Shown here one piece after another: positions 37,002-59,599 of a stretch of DNA of 64,000 nucleotides. The DNA lies in the NCBI RefSeq assembly GCF_009914755.1, contig NC_060947.1; one strand, given 5' to 3'. The notes beneath the pieces were generated by a model. That model did no database searches. It was not told where the DNA came from and saw only the letters and a program-made list of their open reading frames with translations. Position 1 is the first letter of the stretch; each line of letters opens with the position of its first letter. Position numbers and translations under genes: made by a program. This stretch comes from the human T2T-CHM13v2.0 reference genome, Homo sapiens.

Positions 37002-37583
37002 CTAGGAATGGCAACCCTGGTCTCAGGCAAAGCAGAATCCATGTCCTAAAGCATTAACTGTGACACAAAAAGACACTTTTTAATCCCAAAAGCCACACCC
37101 CACAATGAAGATATAACATATAAATATATGTATTTATATAAACATAACACAGCAATCACCTTCATGAGACAAAAACTACAAGAGATGCGAGGAGACACTG
37201 GAAACACACTAATAATAGGAGACTTTAATACATCATTCTTTGTACAAGACATATTAGGTGAACCAAAAATAAGGAGACCTAAAATCTAAACAACATACTC
37301 AATAGAGTAACTCTTACTAATGTTTATCAAACTCTACACTCTGATACTAATGAATACAGTTTCTTCTCAACTGCTCACACCACATTCATCAAAATAATCA
37401 TATATTAGGTCACAAAGAAAAAATATTTCCACTTCAATAAAGTGGAAATATTACAAACAATATGTCTGATTATAATGCAATGAAACTAGAATTTATTAAC
37501 AATAATTTAAAAAACAGAAAGCCTCTTCCATGTAGAAATTTAATAGCCTACTATTAAGCAACTCCTGGGTATTTTAGAACTAA

Positions 37584-37807
<224 letters not shown>

Positions 37808-37961
37808 TAAACTCCCGACCTCAGGTGATCTGCCTGCATCGGCCTCCCAAAGTGCTGGGATTACAGGCGTGAGCCCGGCCAAAATTATACATTTTTAAAG
37901 AAATAACGACACTGAAAACATTACATATCAGATTCTTTTTTATTTACTTTTTTATGTTTTT

Positions 37962-38061
37962 AAGGCTAGTCAAGTGAAGTAGCGGGAGTGAAGAAGGAAC
38001 AAAGAAATCTGTAACTGGTTGCCATCGATTAGTTGTAAATACCACTGCACTCGAACCAGCC
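37962..38061 (-). pseudogene. Y RNA (hY3/RNY3) retropseudogene with A-rich tail (37936-37961)
   Basis: Minus strand reads GGCTGGTTCGAGTGCAGTGGTATTTACAACTAATCGATGGCAACCAGTTACAGATTTCTTTGTTCCTTCTTCACTCCCGCTACTTCACTTGACTAGCCTT, closely matching hY3; degenerate poly(A) follows; imperfect TSD tacatatcagatt/tacaaatccaatt. Confidence 0.92.
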
Positions 38062-38643
38062 TACAAATCCAATTTTATAGCATGCATTTAAAGCAGTAAT
38101 CAGAGGAAAATTCATTGCACTAAACACAATTATTAGTAAAAATGAAAGAATAAAAATAAGTAAATTTTATTCCAAGGTCAAAAAACACTTAAAAATAGGC
38201 TAGGCACCGTGCACTCACACCTGTAATCCCACTGCTTTGGGAGGCTAAGGTGGGAGTACCACTTGATGCCAGGAGTTTGGGAATAGCCTGGGAAACATAA
38301 CAAGACCCTGTCTCTACAAAAAAATAATTAAAAAAAAATTAGCTAGGCGTGGTGGCACACGCCTGTAGTCCTAGCTTCTCGGGAGGTTGAGGCAGGGGGA
38401 TTGCTAAAGCCCAGGAATTCAAGGCTACAGTGAGCTATGATAGACCACTGCACCCCAGCCTGGGTGACAGAGTGAGACCCTGCCTCAAAAAAAAAGAAAC
38501 TTAAAAAATAACAAAATAAACCAAAAGAAAGGACATGGAAGTAAATAATAAAGATTAAAGTAGGCCAGGCACAGTGGCTCATGCCTGTAATTCCGGCACT
38601 TTGGGAGACTGAGGCAGGAGGATTATTTGAGGCCAAGAGTTCA

Positions 38644-38820
<177 letters not shown>

Positions 38821-39870
38821 TCAGTCTGAGTGACAGAGAGAGACCTTGTCTCAGGAAAAAACAAGCAAAAAAAGATGAAAGTAGAAGAAAAGAATGAGGG
38901 GAAAAAAACAGAAAAACAGATCTAATTAATAATTCAAAATTCTGTAGTTTTTGAAAAAAATAACAAAATAAAATAGATAAACCATTAGATAACTTAAGGA
39001 AAAAAGGGGAAAAGCACAGAAACACAAAATGAGGGCATGGAGGAAATAAGATGAAAAAATTTAAAAATAATAAAGGATGTCTTTGTAGACCTCTACCAAA
39101 TAAATTTGAAAACCCAGATGAAAGGGATAATTTGCTAGAAAAGTACAGATCACTAAAATTTTCTCCATTAGAGTTAGAAAGCTTAAATAGACCAATTTCC
39201 ACAGAAAAAAAAATTGAGAAAGTTATAAAGGAAATATCACATGAAAAAGCGTCAGGCCCAGATGGTTTCACAGGGAATTCTACCAAATCTTCAAACACGA
39301 GATAGCCTCAATGCTCTATAAATTGTTCCAGAGACAGTACGGCACAAGAAGGATCAAGCCTGCGGAAAATCAACCTTTGGAGGAAGATGAACCAGCAAAG
39401 GAGAAACTGAGAAGGAACTTCCCAGGAGGAAGAAGGGAACCTTGGAACACAGAATCTCAGAAACAAAAGAAGGATGTTTCAAAAAGGGAGACTTTCATGG
39501 TAAATACTGCAGAGAGATCAAATAAAAGGAATGAAAACTGTTAACACATGTCTTGAGGGCTAAACTGAGAAAGCCAATTATTAACAACTCTTTCAAACAG
39601 TCCAGCTGGGAAGGGAAGGGGGAAGAGAGAAACTAGGTAGCAGCAGGGTGATTAGAGGTCTAGGAATGAGGTTTTAAAATGGGAGAAACTTGAGTCGGTT
39701 TTTTTTTTTTTTTTTTTCCCCTTGAGTCCAGGTCTCACCCCCTCACCCAGGCTGGTGTGCGGTAGTGCAATCATAGCTCACTGCAGCCTTGAACTCCTGG
39801 GCTCAAGTGATCCTCTCGCTTCAGTCTTTGAGTAGCTGGGACTATAGGTGCATACCCCATACCCAGCTAA

Positions 39871-40062
<192 letters not shown>

Positions 40063-40104
40063 TAGAATGATAGTCATAGCAGAGATGAGTCTAAGTCCAA
40101 TTAG

Positions 40105-40573
<469 letters not shown>

Positions 40574-41391
40574 TGACTGCTAGGGGGTAGGAATACAAAG
40601 TTAGAAGAGACCTACTTTCTTTCCTGGGGAAGCTAAGTCTCTAGTGGGTAAGAATGATGACATGAGTACCAGCAGTTCCTGGTTTACTAAGTGTTGTACA
40701 CGTACTATGTCATGTAATCCTCACAACAAACACATGAGGAAGCTGGAATTACCTCCATTTCACGAGTGAATAAAGCCAGCCTCAAAAAAGTTAACTGATC
40801 TGCCCCAGGTGGAGGACCTGAAAGTAGAACCCAGGTTCTTGGACTATAATACTACCACTTCCTCACCTTGCGAATCCTACCTTCAGAAAGATGACCCTGT
40901 GGAGGCTGCCCGGTCACTTGCTCAGGTGCTTGGTCAGCAGAAATGGGCTTTAGCATACTTGAGAATAGTTGACATCAGGCATCACATCTAAAATTGCCAT
41001 CTAAATTTGGAAAGCAGCTTTTATGCCCTCTGCTGCCTGGATAATGTAGCCTGCAGGGCACAAAGACCATGTTTTATTTATCATGAGCCCAAGTACTGTG
41101 TTTTATTTAGCGTTATACCTGTCCCTCTCAGCTTTATATAGCGCTTTTAAATATTTGCTCCTTCAACATTTGTGCAGATTCATTCACTCATCTAATTTCA
41201 TAACCCTGATAAAGTTTTGAATATAATCTAGGGCAGCAGTAAAACAAAAAACTTCAAATTTAAGGAGTGAAAGAGTATGGGGGCAAAGGGTATCAGAGAA
41301 TAGCCTTTTGAATTAAGGTATTTACTTTAAAAAATGTATGAACCTCAAGATGCTTCTGTGCTCTGAAATTTCTACCAGATGGTAATAACAT

Positions 41392-42398
<1,007 letters not shown>

Positions 42399-43808
42399 TC
42401 ATAGATATGCGGACTTTTACATTTACCCAACAATGTATTTTAATAGGGAAGAACTGAGAATGACCAATGAAATAAATTATAATATTACAGCCATATAATG
42501 GCATGCTATCTAGTCAGAAAAAGATAATTACAAAAGAGAATTCACTTTAGAAAAACTCATGTATTAAGCTCTGCATAGAAAAAGACTGGAGGTGTATAAC
42601 CACATTCACAATGGTTACTTGGAATGGGGAAACCATATTCACCATGGTTACTTGGAACTTGGAATAGTGAAACAACGTATCTTCATTGTGATTTCTATCT
42701 TAGAAATGTGTATAAATGGCTAAATGTTCCTATATATAAAAATGTTTCTAATAAGACGTTTTAAAGGTTTCTTGGGGGTGACTGAAACAGCTGTGATTTC
42801 AAAATAAAATTTTAGTAGCCATTTAAAAAAAACATTAAAAATAAAACATTGCTATACCATTACCATTAAAATACCAATGAAAAATAAAGTCCTCGTTATG
42901 AATCTGCAGCAAAACCTTTCTTTTCAAATTCTGCTCTGTCGTTTGGACCTGTTCACATTCAGAAAAATGCTAAAAAGGCTGCCTGGCGAGGAGCCTAAAG
43001 AGGCCTTCCTGATTTCTACCTGCAGTTTGTAATTTGTTCCAGGAAAAAAAAAAAAAAAAAAAAAGGCAATCACCTAATAGGTAGTTCGAAAAGCACCTGA
43101 GTAGGAAAATATTTACGGGGTAGGTTTCTCTCCCATTTCTTTCCCTCGAGACCTACCAACAGGACAGTCCTGACAGCGACTGGCCCAGTTTCCCAATACA
43201 ACCCAGAGAAGCACAGGAGATGCGCCAATTTTCAGGAGACGCTTCTAAAAAGACAAGTTTTACTTTACAATGCAGGATAATGAGCAGCCTTCACTACTCA
43301 TTCTCGACGTTAACAGAGGAAGATGCCGCTGCGCGGCAGGAGCGCCTCACCAGGACAAAGCGGGGTACGGGGGGGTCCTCGGTTCAGGCCCCGCAGGCGA
43401 CGCGTCCAGGGCCGCCTCGAGGACAAGGGCACCGTCCCCGGACACCGCCTTCCCGGCCCCCGCCCTCTTAACAGATGCAGGGAACCGCGGGGACCGCAAC
43501 CTGCCCGACGACGGCGGAGGATCAGGGTCGCGGCAGCAGGTGCCCGGGTCGCCGTGCCTGTCGAGGGACCTCAGGGGCGCCGGGCAGCTGTCCCCTGGAA
43601 ACCCGCGCCGGGTCGCCGCGCCCAAGGGAAGGCGCTGACCGAGGGACCTACGGGGCGCAGAGGAGCTGTCCCAACAGAACCCGAGTCGGACCGCCGCATC
43701 CTCCCCGCTGCCCCATCCGCCACCCCGAGAACCGCCCCTCCTGGGTGGCGGACACGCCCTCCCTGCGGGCCCAGGCCTCCTCGCCCCGCCTCCCCCCGAG
43801 CCGCTCAC

Positions 43809-43823
43809 CCGGCCGGGAAGCCC

Positions 43824-43874
<51 letters not shown>

Positions 43875-43960
43875 CCTCGGGCCTCGCCCCTCACTCTGCC
43901 GCCGCCTCCCACAGCAGCGACACCCCAGCCACCTCTGCCGGGCCGCGGGACCCGGAACCA
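43809..43960 (-). other. BCLAF3: BCLAF3 exon 1 (non-coding 5'UTR); upstream end/TSS approximate
   Basis: Inside CpG island; strong donor CGG|GTGAGC (plus strand ctcac 43804-43808); no ATG; ETS and GC-box motifs directly upstream; nearest promoter-like element 5' of coding exon 2. Confidence 0.8.
43824..43871 (-). repeat. (CGG)16 uninterrupted trinucleotide repeat in BCLAF3 5'UTR
   Basis: 48 bp pure CCG on plus strand, 15 nt from the exon 1 donor. Confidence 0.97.
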
Positions 43961-44910
43961 CTTCCTTCCGGAACCGCCTCGCCCCGCCCCCACCCCGGCC
44001 CCGCCCACTGCTCGCGGCCTCGCACTGGGCCCGTTCTCCAGCCGACCCCTATCCTCTACTCTCCCGGCGAGGGTGCCCCGCCCGGGCTTCTCGGACCAGA
44101 GCGCTGCGCCCCCTGCCGGCCGTTCCCACTGCGGCCGCTCTGTCCAGGGCGCCTGCGCCCTCTGCCACCCGCCCGCCGGGTCCGGCTAGAGCGCCTGCGC
44201 CCTCTGCCGCCCTCTCGCCGGAAAGGAGGGGACCTAATGGGCGTTCCAGGTCCAGGGATCCTGGGGGTTAAGGCCCAGGGATTGGAGGTCACCCCTCAGT
44301 CATGGGCAGAACTTGATCCCGTGGGCCTTCCAGCTTTGTGCAGATCTCTAACCATTCACCTACCCTCTATCCATTTCCCACTCCTCAAATTAAGCATATT
44401 CCCGGAAAACAAAGCCTCCCCTCTGGACTTCCCAAATGGTCGGATGGTACCAACATCTATCCGTCATCCAATTCAAAAGATTGCCTCATCTCTGTCTACT
44501 CGCTTGGTTTCTCCCCTCCCACACTCCATGCACCAGCCTCAAAGGTAGTGTGTCTTCTTCACTCTTGAAGCTTTCCGCTTGACACTGATATTCTTTCTTC
44601 CCCTTGTGAAATAGCTCTTTCAGGCTCTGTGCCATCTGGTAGTAACACCTTTTGCCCTCCCTTGTCACTGTCACCTACTGACTGTCTGGCATTAGTTTTC
44701 CTCTCCATCTGATTTACTGCCATCCTCCCAATGAATCCAACATCCACAACCCAGCCTGGTTTCCTTCAGTTCCTCAATCCGAATGACCTTTACTTCTACT
44801 TTGTTCACCCGTAGTCTAGAAAATCTAGATATTCATCACTTGATACTGCTCCATCTCTAAAACCTTAAATGTTGAAATCCCACTACCCAACTTAAACCCA
44901 TAGCCTTTGA

Positions 44911-45354
<444 letters not shown>

Positions 45355-46492
45355 TAGCTGGGATTACAGGTGTGCGCCACCATGCCCGGCTAATTTTTGT
45401 ATTTTTAGTAGAGACGGGGTTTCACCATGTTGGCCAGGCTGGTCTCAAACTCCTGATCTCAAGTGATCCGCCTGTCTCAGCCTCTCAAAGTGCTGGGATG
45501 ACAGGCATGAGCCACCGCGTCCCGGCCTTTTTTTGTTGTTTTTTTTTTTAAGAGTCAGGGGTCTCACTTGGTCGTGGTCCTGGCTGGAGTACAGTGGCAT
45601 AATCATAGCTCACTGTAACCTCAAACTCCTGGGCTCAAGTGACACTCCTGCCTCAGCCTCTAGAGTAGCTGTTGCAACAGACGTGCACCACCATGCCCAG
45701 CTAATTAAAAAAAAAATTTTTTTTTGTAGAGACAGGGTTTCGCCATGTTGCCCAGGCTGTTCTGGAACTTCTAGGCTCAAGTGATCCTGCTGCCTCGGCC
45801 TCCCTAAGTGTTGGGATTACAGGCAGGAGCCACTGTGCCCAGCCTTCAACCACTCTTGTAAGCAGAGCCCCCTGCTTTGCCCTTTGACTTGTCCTAACAT
45901 TAAACTACCACTTAAAACTCCAGTCTGCATTTTCCATTCCTACGTCTACATTTCCAAACACTGCTTGGGCGGGGAGAAAGCCACACAACTATCAAAGAAT
46001 GATGCCACTACAAATGTGTGGATGCCCACCACAGTGGAGAGCCTGATAGCACTTTGTAATCATTTTATGTGACCCTTTTATGTGATCTTTTTTCCAATAA
46101 TTGCTGTTACAAACCCTTTTACCACTCTTTTTAAGCCTTATGCAAATGATCATTTTCCTTTCTTCATATATGACTTTGCTTCCTGTTTGGCAGGGAACAT
46201 GCTTTCAAACAGCATACAAACTCTAGCCTCTCTTCCCCTTGTACACAATGCTCTGGTCATACTAAAGTTTTTGTAATGTAAGAATAAATAATGCTTTTTC
46301 TTTCTGGTTAAGAGGTGTGAGTCCTTTTTCACCTGCATATATATGGCCTCAATTCAGAAACATTTTCTTCCATTCTATCTTCAAGAATTGTTTCTGCTCC
46401 ATTAGCTCTAATCTCTCTTTTAGGAAGAGCAATTAGCTGTATTAGTTCTCTGTTTTATTTTTTTATTTTTATTTATTTATTTATTTTTTTGA

Positions 46493-46597
<105 letters not shown>

Positions 46598-47084
46598 TGA
46601 GTAGCTGGGATTACAGGCACCCACCACCATGCCCGGCTACTTTTTGTATTTTTAGTGAAGACGTGGTTTCACCATGTTGGCCAGGCTGGTCTCGAACTTG
46701 TGACCTCAAGTGATCTACCCGCCTTGGCCTCCCAAAGTGTTGGGGTTACAGGCAGGAGCCACCGCACCGGCCTGTTTTATCATTTTCGTCTTTCATCCAT
46801 TTCCAGCATTTCCAGTAGACCTCAAGTTTGCTTTATTGATACTGATATGGCTTTCTAAAGCATTATTTCTGTCTCTATTTTGACTCAAACTTTATTATTG
46901 AGATTTTTGTTTCTTTGTATTCTCTCCCGCCCGGTTCTCTCCCGTTACTGTAGTAATCTCCATCTCACCCTTTCATTTCCTTACGAATTTCTGTTCTGAT
47001 TTTATAGAAAGCCTATCATATTCCAAAAGGATGCTAAACCGGTTGTGAAATTTTTCTTTCAGATTCTGCAGATAATCCTTTTCA

Positions 47085-47216
<132 letters not shown>

Positions 47217-47277
47217 CTACTAAAAGTACAAAAATTAACTGGGCGTGGTGGCGCACGTCTGTAGTCCCAGCTACTCA

Positions 47278-47667
<390 letters not shown>

Positions 47668-47952
47668 CTTTTGACTCCTCTTTGAACAAGGTGGTCTTTT
47701 TCCAGACTCACAATTGTCAACAGACAGCACAAGTAGATGGTCCTTGGCCCTATTTGCTGTCTACTTGTGTGGAAAGAGAGGTTAAACAGTTTGCACATAG
47801 TCCTTGGTGTCTATATGAATAGCATACATGCACATGTACGCAGAGCAAGCCTAAGAGAAACGGAGTATCATCTCCCTTGCCTTTCCTTTCCTTTGGGTTT
47901 CATGTGAAGCCAAATCTGCTGCAGAATGCCAGCTCTGCTTCAAACAAGGAAT

Positions 47953-48778
<826 letters not shown>

Positions 48779-49764
48779 TCAGCAAGTCTCCAGGTGACTC
48801 TGACGCACCCTCAAACGAGAACCACTGCTGCATCGCTTGTACTCCCTGCAAACCAGAACATGGACATAGAGGCTTGCTGTAATTCAGGGTAGTTTTAAAA
48901 TCCTTAAACCAGAGAAAAATGTAAACAGTTTTAAAAGGAGCAATTCAGGCTGCAATGCAGACTTAGACAAAGTACATACTGCCATCGTCATTTTTTGGAG
49001 AGCATCAGCTTCTGGGGAGACCTATCAGCTGCCTTGGCACGTTCTCCCGCCACCCTTCTGTGTGGCTTTCTTTTTTAAATGCTGACGTGAGAAAAAGAAA
49101 ATTGTGAAGCAGTAGGACAAATAGCTTTCTCAACCCTTGAAAACACTGTTGTCCAGATTGACCCTAGTTTGTATGGTGATGGTGTGACTTCAGCATCTCC
49201 ATTAGCGCTTAGAACCCAGGACTGGCAGAACCAGGTGCATTTTCCCTTGCCTTAACGATCTGACTTTGGTTGTGTGGCTTAACGCTATTAATGAAATTTA
49301 ATGTATAATGCTTAGCTGGCCCTGTTCCCTCCTCCTTGTCTTCCATCCCATGATATAGGCATTTTTTTGTGGACGCTGTCCTTTCTTTACCTTTGCTTTT
49401 TAAATGGCTTTGTCAACAGCAGAGTGCAGACAGAACTGATTTATATTGTTTGGATGAAAATGTTTTTAGACAGGCTTATGCTGCAGGTTTCTTTTTGCTC
49501 ATTCTAGTCACTGCCTGTATGTCTGTTTTCCTACTGAGATGGAGGACAAATTCCTAAACAAAATTTGGTAGTTGCTACCAGTCAGTCCTCTGGTCCTATA
49601 AATTATTTCTGATGAACTCTTTTGTAATGTAATAGGTGTAGTGGCTTGGCTCTGGTTCTGAAAGACATATAATATCTGTGGTTTTAAAGCAGTGTCTTAC
49701 AACTCAGCAATTATTTTGAAAAACATTTTGAGATAGTCTACCTACATTAACGCAAGGCAAAAAG

Positions 49765-52528
<2,764 letters not shown>

Positions 52529-53169
52529 CTACTGTCTCTCTTCACTGCTAGACTACAAGCTCCAGGAGGATGGGGACACTTTCTAGTCTTGTTCTCTGCT
52601 CCATCCCCATCCCTAGCAAAATGCTTAGAATGGAGTAGATATTCATTCGTAGTTGCTTCATAAATGAGCAGTTATGAAATGGGTTGCCTTCTGGATGAGG
52701 GAAAAAAAATCTCATAGCAACTGTGCTCCCAGGTGGAAGGTGCACATATTCTGCTTGCGTGAGCGATACAAAGATGGATGAAACGCCCTCAGCAGAAGAT
52801 TCTCAAGGATTTTCAAAGTCAGCAACAATTTCTGGTGAGGGAAGCTGGTTGAGGAGATTGATTGGGAAAATGAAGCTAGAAGGTGTGTAGACTAGCAAGA
52901 GCCTCTAGGGGCTGGGTCAGTCTGATTTGTCTGGGCAGGCACTTTGGGCTGTGGTGAACTAGGCCAAGTGCAGGCTCCAAAACACACCTTGGGGTTGGAA
53001 GCCCAGCTCTGTACTTCCTGGTTGCATGTGACCTCGGACCAGTGGCTTAGCCTGAGTCTCGGGTCCCTCATGGTGAAAAGAGCATGGTAACATCCATGCC
53101 TCTCTCGGAATGTTGTCTGGAAGGTTAGGAGAGCTAGCACATGAAAAGCCTTAGCACAACGCCCAGCTG

Positions 53170-53598
53170 GCTCTGGATGGGTTCTTTGGGAAACTCTCAG
53201 ACCAACTGGCATGCGGGGCATGTATGCAGAGTGGCTGGGGTGGGGAGGCGTGAAGGAAGCAGGAGGGAGAACTTAGACTGCAATGCAGTCTCTGCAGAGC
53301 CCTCAGGTGACCCCACAGGGAGCTCTGAAGCTAGGATGGCTAACTCAGAGTTGTCCTACCTCCAGGCAAGGGGCTTTGTACACTGAACTGATCCAGTCAT
53401 CAGATACAGGCTGCCCCAGGAGGAGGTTTAACCTTGGCGAGGCAACCTCCTTCAGCCAAGGGCAATTCCCAGACAGGAAGTCCACCGACAGGCTTCAGGG
53501 GCTGTACCTCCAGCATCTGGAAGGAGACACCTGGAAGGACGAACACCTCAGCCCTAAAAGGGAGGTCCATCTGGGTGGCGCACCATGACGTCCACTCC
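53170..53598 (-). mobile_element. LTR16-like (ERVL) solo LTR
   Basis: cacagggagctctgaagctaggatgg, accttggcgaggca..cttcagccaagggcaattcc and catctgggtggcgcacca signatures. Confidence 0.65.
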
Positions 53599-55462
53599 AC
53601 TAGCATTTAATATGAACCTTTGAAGCCATTAGTATAGCTATTTCAGATTTCCCAAATCCTGCTGAGGATATAAGGACCCTCACTTGTCAAAGTATAACTT
53701 CCCAAAGGTTAAAAACATGATTCTGATGTTAATATACAGCGAGCGTGTGTCAAAAAATGTATTGAACTCTTTAAGGAGCAGGATGAGAAAGCAAGTCAAA
53801 GGCGGAGATGAGGACTATTATGCACACATGTATGTACGTAACATACACACACACGTGTATTTAGTAGGAAAAAAAGAATGCTGGAATAAGATGGCACAGT
53901 TAGAGACAAAGTTTTTTAGTGTCTTACAGGAACAAACAGACATAACCTCTAACTCCAGAGGCTGAGTCCTAACCCATAGCACATGGTGAGCCGCTCGAAC
54001 TAACATCTTCCGAGACCCAGCTGGCCCAGAGGCTGCCTTGTGAAGACAACGCTCTATCAGGGCTTGGAAAGGGTACACGGTTATCTTTTTGCCTTTCACA
54101 TTCTGAATAATTTCTTACCATTATGAACCTTGTACCAGCTACCAGGGCTGTGACCCACAGAGTAGGCCCCTGAGAATCCTTTAGAAGGCCAGGTCCACTG
54201 AACAAATGGAATTTATTCTGTCCTCCCAGTGGGCCTAGGAAGATTCGGTTTGTCCTAGAATAACCTACAGGTCCCACAGTGATGACTGAATTCAATCCAA
54301 CAAGCTTTACGCACGTCTACTGTGTGTGGCACAGCCCTGTCCTAGTTGTTAGTTCTGCGTGGATGACTTTCCTGTTGTTTCAAGATGACCCTACACACGC
54401 TATTAGGAAAATTTAACTAAAATATAAGTACAGCCAACAAATTGCTGCTAGCTCTAATTCTAAAAAGAAGTTACTTTCCGCAAAGGTTCAATTGCTTGGA
54501 ACTCTATTCCTTGCATTTCCTGAGATGAGGTGAGATGGGGAAAGCCTGCCTTCACCATTTCTTGGAAGTCCCGAAGGCTGGCAGCTTTCGACACTCCCCA
54601 GGCCCCAGTCCCTTGTTGCCAGTTGAATGGCTGCATTATTTCACTGCAGCATAGAAGCCTCGGCAGGAGGTTCTTGTTGATTTACTGCAGAGCATGGAGG
54701 GAGGGGAAGGGGGTGAATTCTCCACGGGCAACACCTGCAGCATTTTAGCTCCCTCTGCCTTTTGCAAGGGGACCCTCAGGCTCTGGGCAGTAGGTGATTT
54801 CTTTCCACAGTGCCATGAGTGCCCATTGCCATGGACCCTGGCTTGGACCTTAGAGGGGAAAAAGAGGGCACTGAAACACTCCCTCCCTGGTGGTTAACGT
54901 GGGGGATCGGTCCCAGAAACATAAGGGCAAGTAGAGTCACAGTGTAAGTCACCCCATGCCCGAATCCGTGGTCATTGTTAAAGGCATGCCTCCAAAGGTT
55001 CAGAATTTTCAAAGTGTCTTAAATTACAGCTTCCCCCAATCCATGTCTCTCATCAACCTAGGAGCCCATGCTGGGCATCTGAGAGGTGAGCCTGTGTTTG
55101 GCATTTGATCCCATGTTTATGAAGTGAATGTGGAACAACACAAAACAGCCCACACTCATTGTGACATAAACATTGTCCTAGTTTGTCCTATTGAAGGGGT
55201 AAGATGGGGAAGTGACTGCTTCAAAGAAGAATGCTATCTTCGAACCCCATGTTCTTGCTTTTAGGTACAATGAGAACTTGAACTAATGGCTGATAAAGCC
55301 AAGCTTTGCTGCTTTGAGTAGATGAATGGATGACAAACCCTTGAAAAAGCACTCCGGTAAAAATGTTCTAGAATTAGTAGTGATGGTTGCACAACTCTGT
55401 GACTAAAGACCACTGTATTCTATACTTAAGATAAATTTTAATAATGTCACTATATTTAATAA

Positions 55463-59505
<4,043 letters not shown>

Positions 59506-59599
59506 GGAAAGAACAGCAACTTTTTTTTTACTATACTCAGAAGTCCATTGTGTTCTAGTGACAGTCATCACTTAAGAAGCTTTATGCAGTTGACTCCAC

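Larger units (their letters stand above)
43300..44230. promoter_or_regulatory. BCLAF3: CpG island / BCLAF3 promoter
   Basis: Very high GC and CpG density against an AT-rich background; ETS/GABP-type CCGGAAGGAAGTG (minus, 43959-43971), GC box gccccgcccc 43981-43990, NRF1-like GCGCCTGCGC at 44149 and 44191. Confidence 0.9.

Noticed and set aside
42599-42667. ~33-bp local duplication acca(c/t)attcac(a/c)atggttacttggaa
   Set aside because: Simple slippage duplication inside an old L1M-like fragment; two copies only, not an array.
43220-44568. Long ORFs (up to 357 aa) on both strands over the CpG island, including polyP/polyA/polyR runs
   Set aside because: Expected from stop-codon depletion in GC-rich DNA plus the CCG repeat; no recognisable domains, and the minus ones cross the exon-1 donor.
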